From: Heptranchias perlo
Lineage: Eukaryota
DNA length: 64,000 nt
Direction: 5' to 3'
Assembly (NCBI RefSeq): GCF_035084215.1
Contig: NC_090345.1
Location: 41,850,001-41,914,000, forward strand
The position numbers were made by a program, and so were the translations under genes. This document shows positions 62,423 through 64,000 of this stretch, piece after piece (position 1 is the stretch's first letter; every line of letters begins with the position of its first letter). The notes under the pieces were generated by a model. That model was not told the DNA's origin. It did not search any database and was given only the letters and a program-made list of their open reading frames with translations.

Positions 62423-62580
62423 GGGGATGAAATTCAACTTCGGTTGGGGTAAAAGACGGGCGGTAAGGAATTGGCCGCTCATTATACACTCCACCCGATC
62501 GTCATCGGGCAGGGCGTATAATCGGAGGCCGATTTGCTACCGCCCGTTTTGCACACCCACGGGAGTTGAATTTCACCCCC
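62423..62580. mobile_element. 158-bp hairpin MITE (Tourist/Harbinger-like)
   Basis: ggggatgaaattcaact / agttgaatttcaccccc termini, with pairing continuing almost to the centre; flanks tta / ttt. Confidence 0.8.
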
Positions 62581-62757
62581 TTTCTAGCATTCATAGAATG
62601 TGGATCAGACTGAAAGTTGAGTAACGTTAACGTTTTTCACTCATTCACCCTCCATATACGAATGGGACTTTTCCAAAGCACTGTAGAAACAGGTGGTCGA
62701 CAGGTGAGGACCTACATTCTACAACCGACTTGGAGCATCGTAGTGTCAAAGTGCTTT

Positions 62758-63732
62758 GGGGAGAAATTGGATAAGGGTCCGTTCTGGGCGATGGTAGTGT
62801 GATGCGCTGCCATCCTGCGCCGAGCGGACCCTGGGCAAACAAGACGCAAGTTTGGTCTCCAGGGAGCACTTGCCTGCAACTGACGTTCCTTTCCAGGCCT
62901 TGCACGTGGAATGAATGCAATTCGCACTTTCCACCACCAGAGAGAGCTCAATCTCTTAAAGGGAGGATGTTTTTTAGAAATCTCTTAAAGGTAGCTGGTA
63001 CCTGTTATTTGATGAAAATAACAGTCTATGTCTGTATGGAGTCTGCACAGAGATCAGACATCACACACGGAAAACACAGATGCAGATCCCATCCCTATGT
63101 TTGCACACTGATGAGTTATGTTAAAATATTGAATAAAGGTTGCACATTACTAAATCCCACATCACCAATCTGCCGATCTGAGTTGGTACCAGGCCTGCGA
63201 GAGTGCATGCACCAAGGTTCTCTGCTGATGCACTAGAGACCTTGGGTGCAAGAGGTGGACTGAAGGAGGGACATCCAATATCCGCAGTGGGGGGGGGGGG
63301 GGGGGGGGGGGGTTGGTGTCAGGCAAGAGCCCCTCCGGACATATACTCAAAAGACAGTGGGAGGCAGTGGGGGACGAAGTCAATGCCAGGCGCACAACAT
63401 CATGAACATGGATGCAGTGCAGGAAGAAGTTCAATACTTTGACATGAGTGATCAAGGTGAGTGAGGTCAACTGACAAGTGGTGTCTCCTACCAACTGCAC
63501 CACGCACTACAACCCCCATCCCCCACATACCAATAAACTCCATCAGTACTCAACTCTTCCAGTCAGATGCTTCTTCCCGCCCTTACACATTGCCACTGTT
63601 TCAAGCCGCCCACCCCACAACTCACAGGCCACACACACTGGCAGCTATTCAACTATGACAGGCACACCACCCAGGCACATGTCCCGCTTTCTTGCAGGAG
63701 AAGATGGCGCATATCAAGAGGCAGCAAATGGC
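62758..63732 (+). mobile_element. Harbinger left-end fragment with a Myb/SANT-like gene remnant (exon 1 about 63195-63456, exon 2 from 63698)
   Basis: ggggagaaattgg start; APRFSADALETL...RQWEAV...WMQCRKKFNTLT; donor gtgagt at 63457; acceptor ttgcag at 63697; EKMAHIKRQ. Confidence 0.7.
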
Positions 63733-64000
63733 CATGGCATTTAGCCCCTCGAGCCTGCTCCACCATTCAGTGAGATCATGGTGGACCTGTGACCTAACTC
63801 CATATCCCTTAATACCCTTGGTTCACAGAAATCTATCAATCTCAGATTTAACATTCACAATTGAGCTAGCATGAACTGCCGTCTGCAGAAGAGCATTCCA
63901 AATGTCTCCCATCCTTTGCGTGTAGAAGCATTTCCTAACTTCACTCCTGCACATCCTGGCTCTAAATGTTAGGCTATGTCCCCGCGTCCTAGTATTGAAG
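63733..64000 (-). mobile_element. CR1 3' tail (runs off the window)
   Basis: gcatttagcccctcgagcctgctccaccattcagtgagatcatgg matches the CR1 tails at 32350 and 48870. Confidence 0.8.

Overview
Eukaryotic, repeat-dense vertebrate DNA, most likely from a cartilaginous fish (shark). This is an inference from the mix of CR1 and L2 LINEs, a DeuSINE/SacSINE1-like SINE and Penelope-type termini. I could not support any host protein-coding gene, rRNA, tRNA or CRISPR array, so the window reads as intergenic or deep intronic sequence. Its contents are: (i) many CR1 fragments of different ages, including one near-full-length copy (about 18245-21935) with a zinc-finger plus SGNH-esterase ORF1; (ii) L2 fragments; (iii) seven 5'-truncated copies of a young poly(A)-tailed CR1-group LINE, here called LINE-X; (iv) at least six PIF/Harbinger transposon relics, one of them full length (51897-59632) with TIRs, a 3-bp TSD and convergent Myb/SANT and transposase genes; (v) several MITEs; (vi) three very short Penelope-like insertions, each flanked by a 12-bp TSD and each carrying a motif-complete minimal hammerhead ribozyme. 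The most notable observations are these hammerhead-bearing mini-elements, a 27-bp minisatellite made by amplifying the conserved post-Myb coding motif of a Harbinger gene, and two locally templated insertions that look like repair scars. All calls are by eye with no database searches, and the boundaries of old repeats are approximate.
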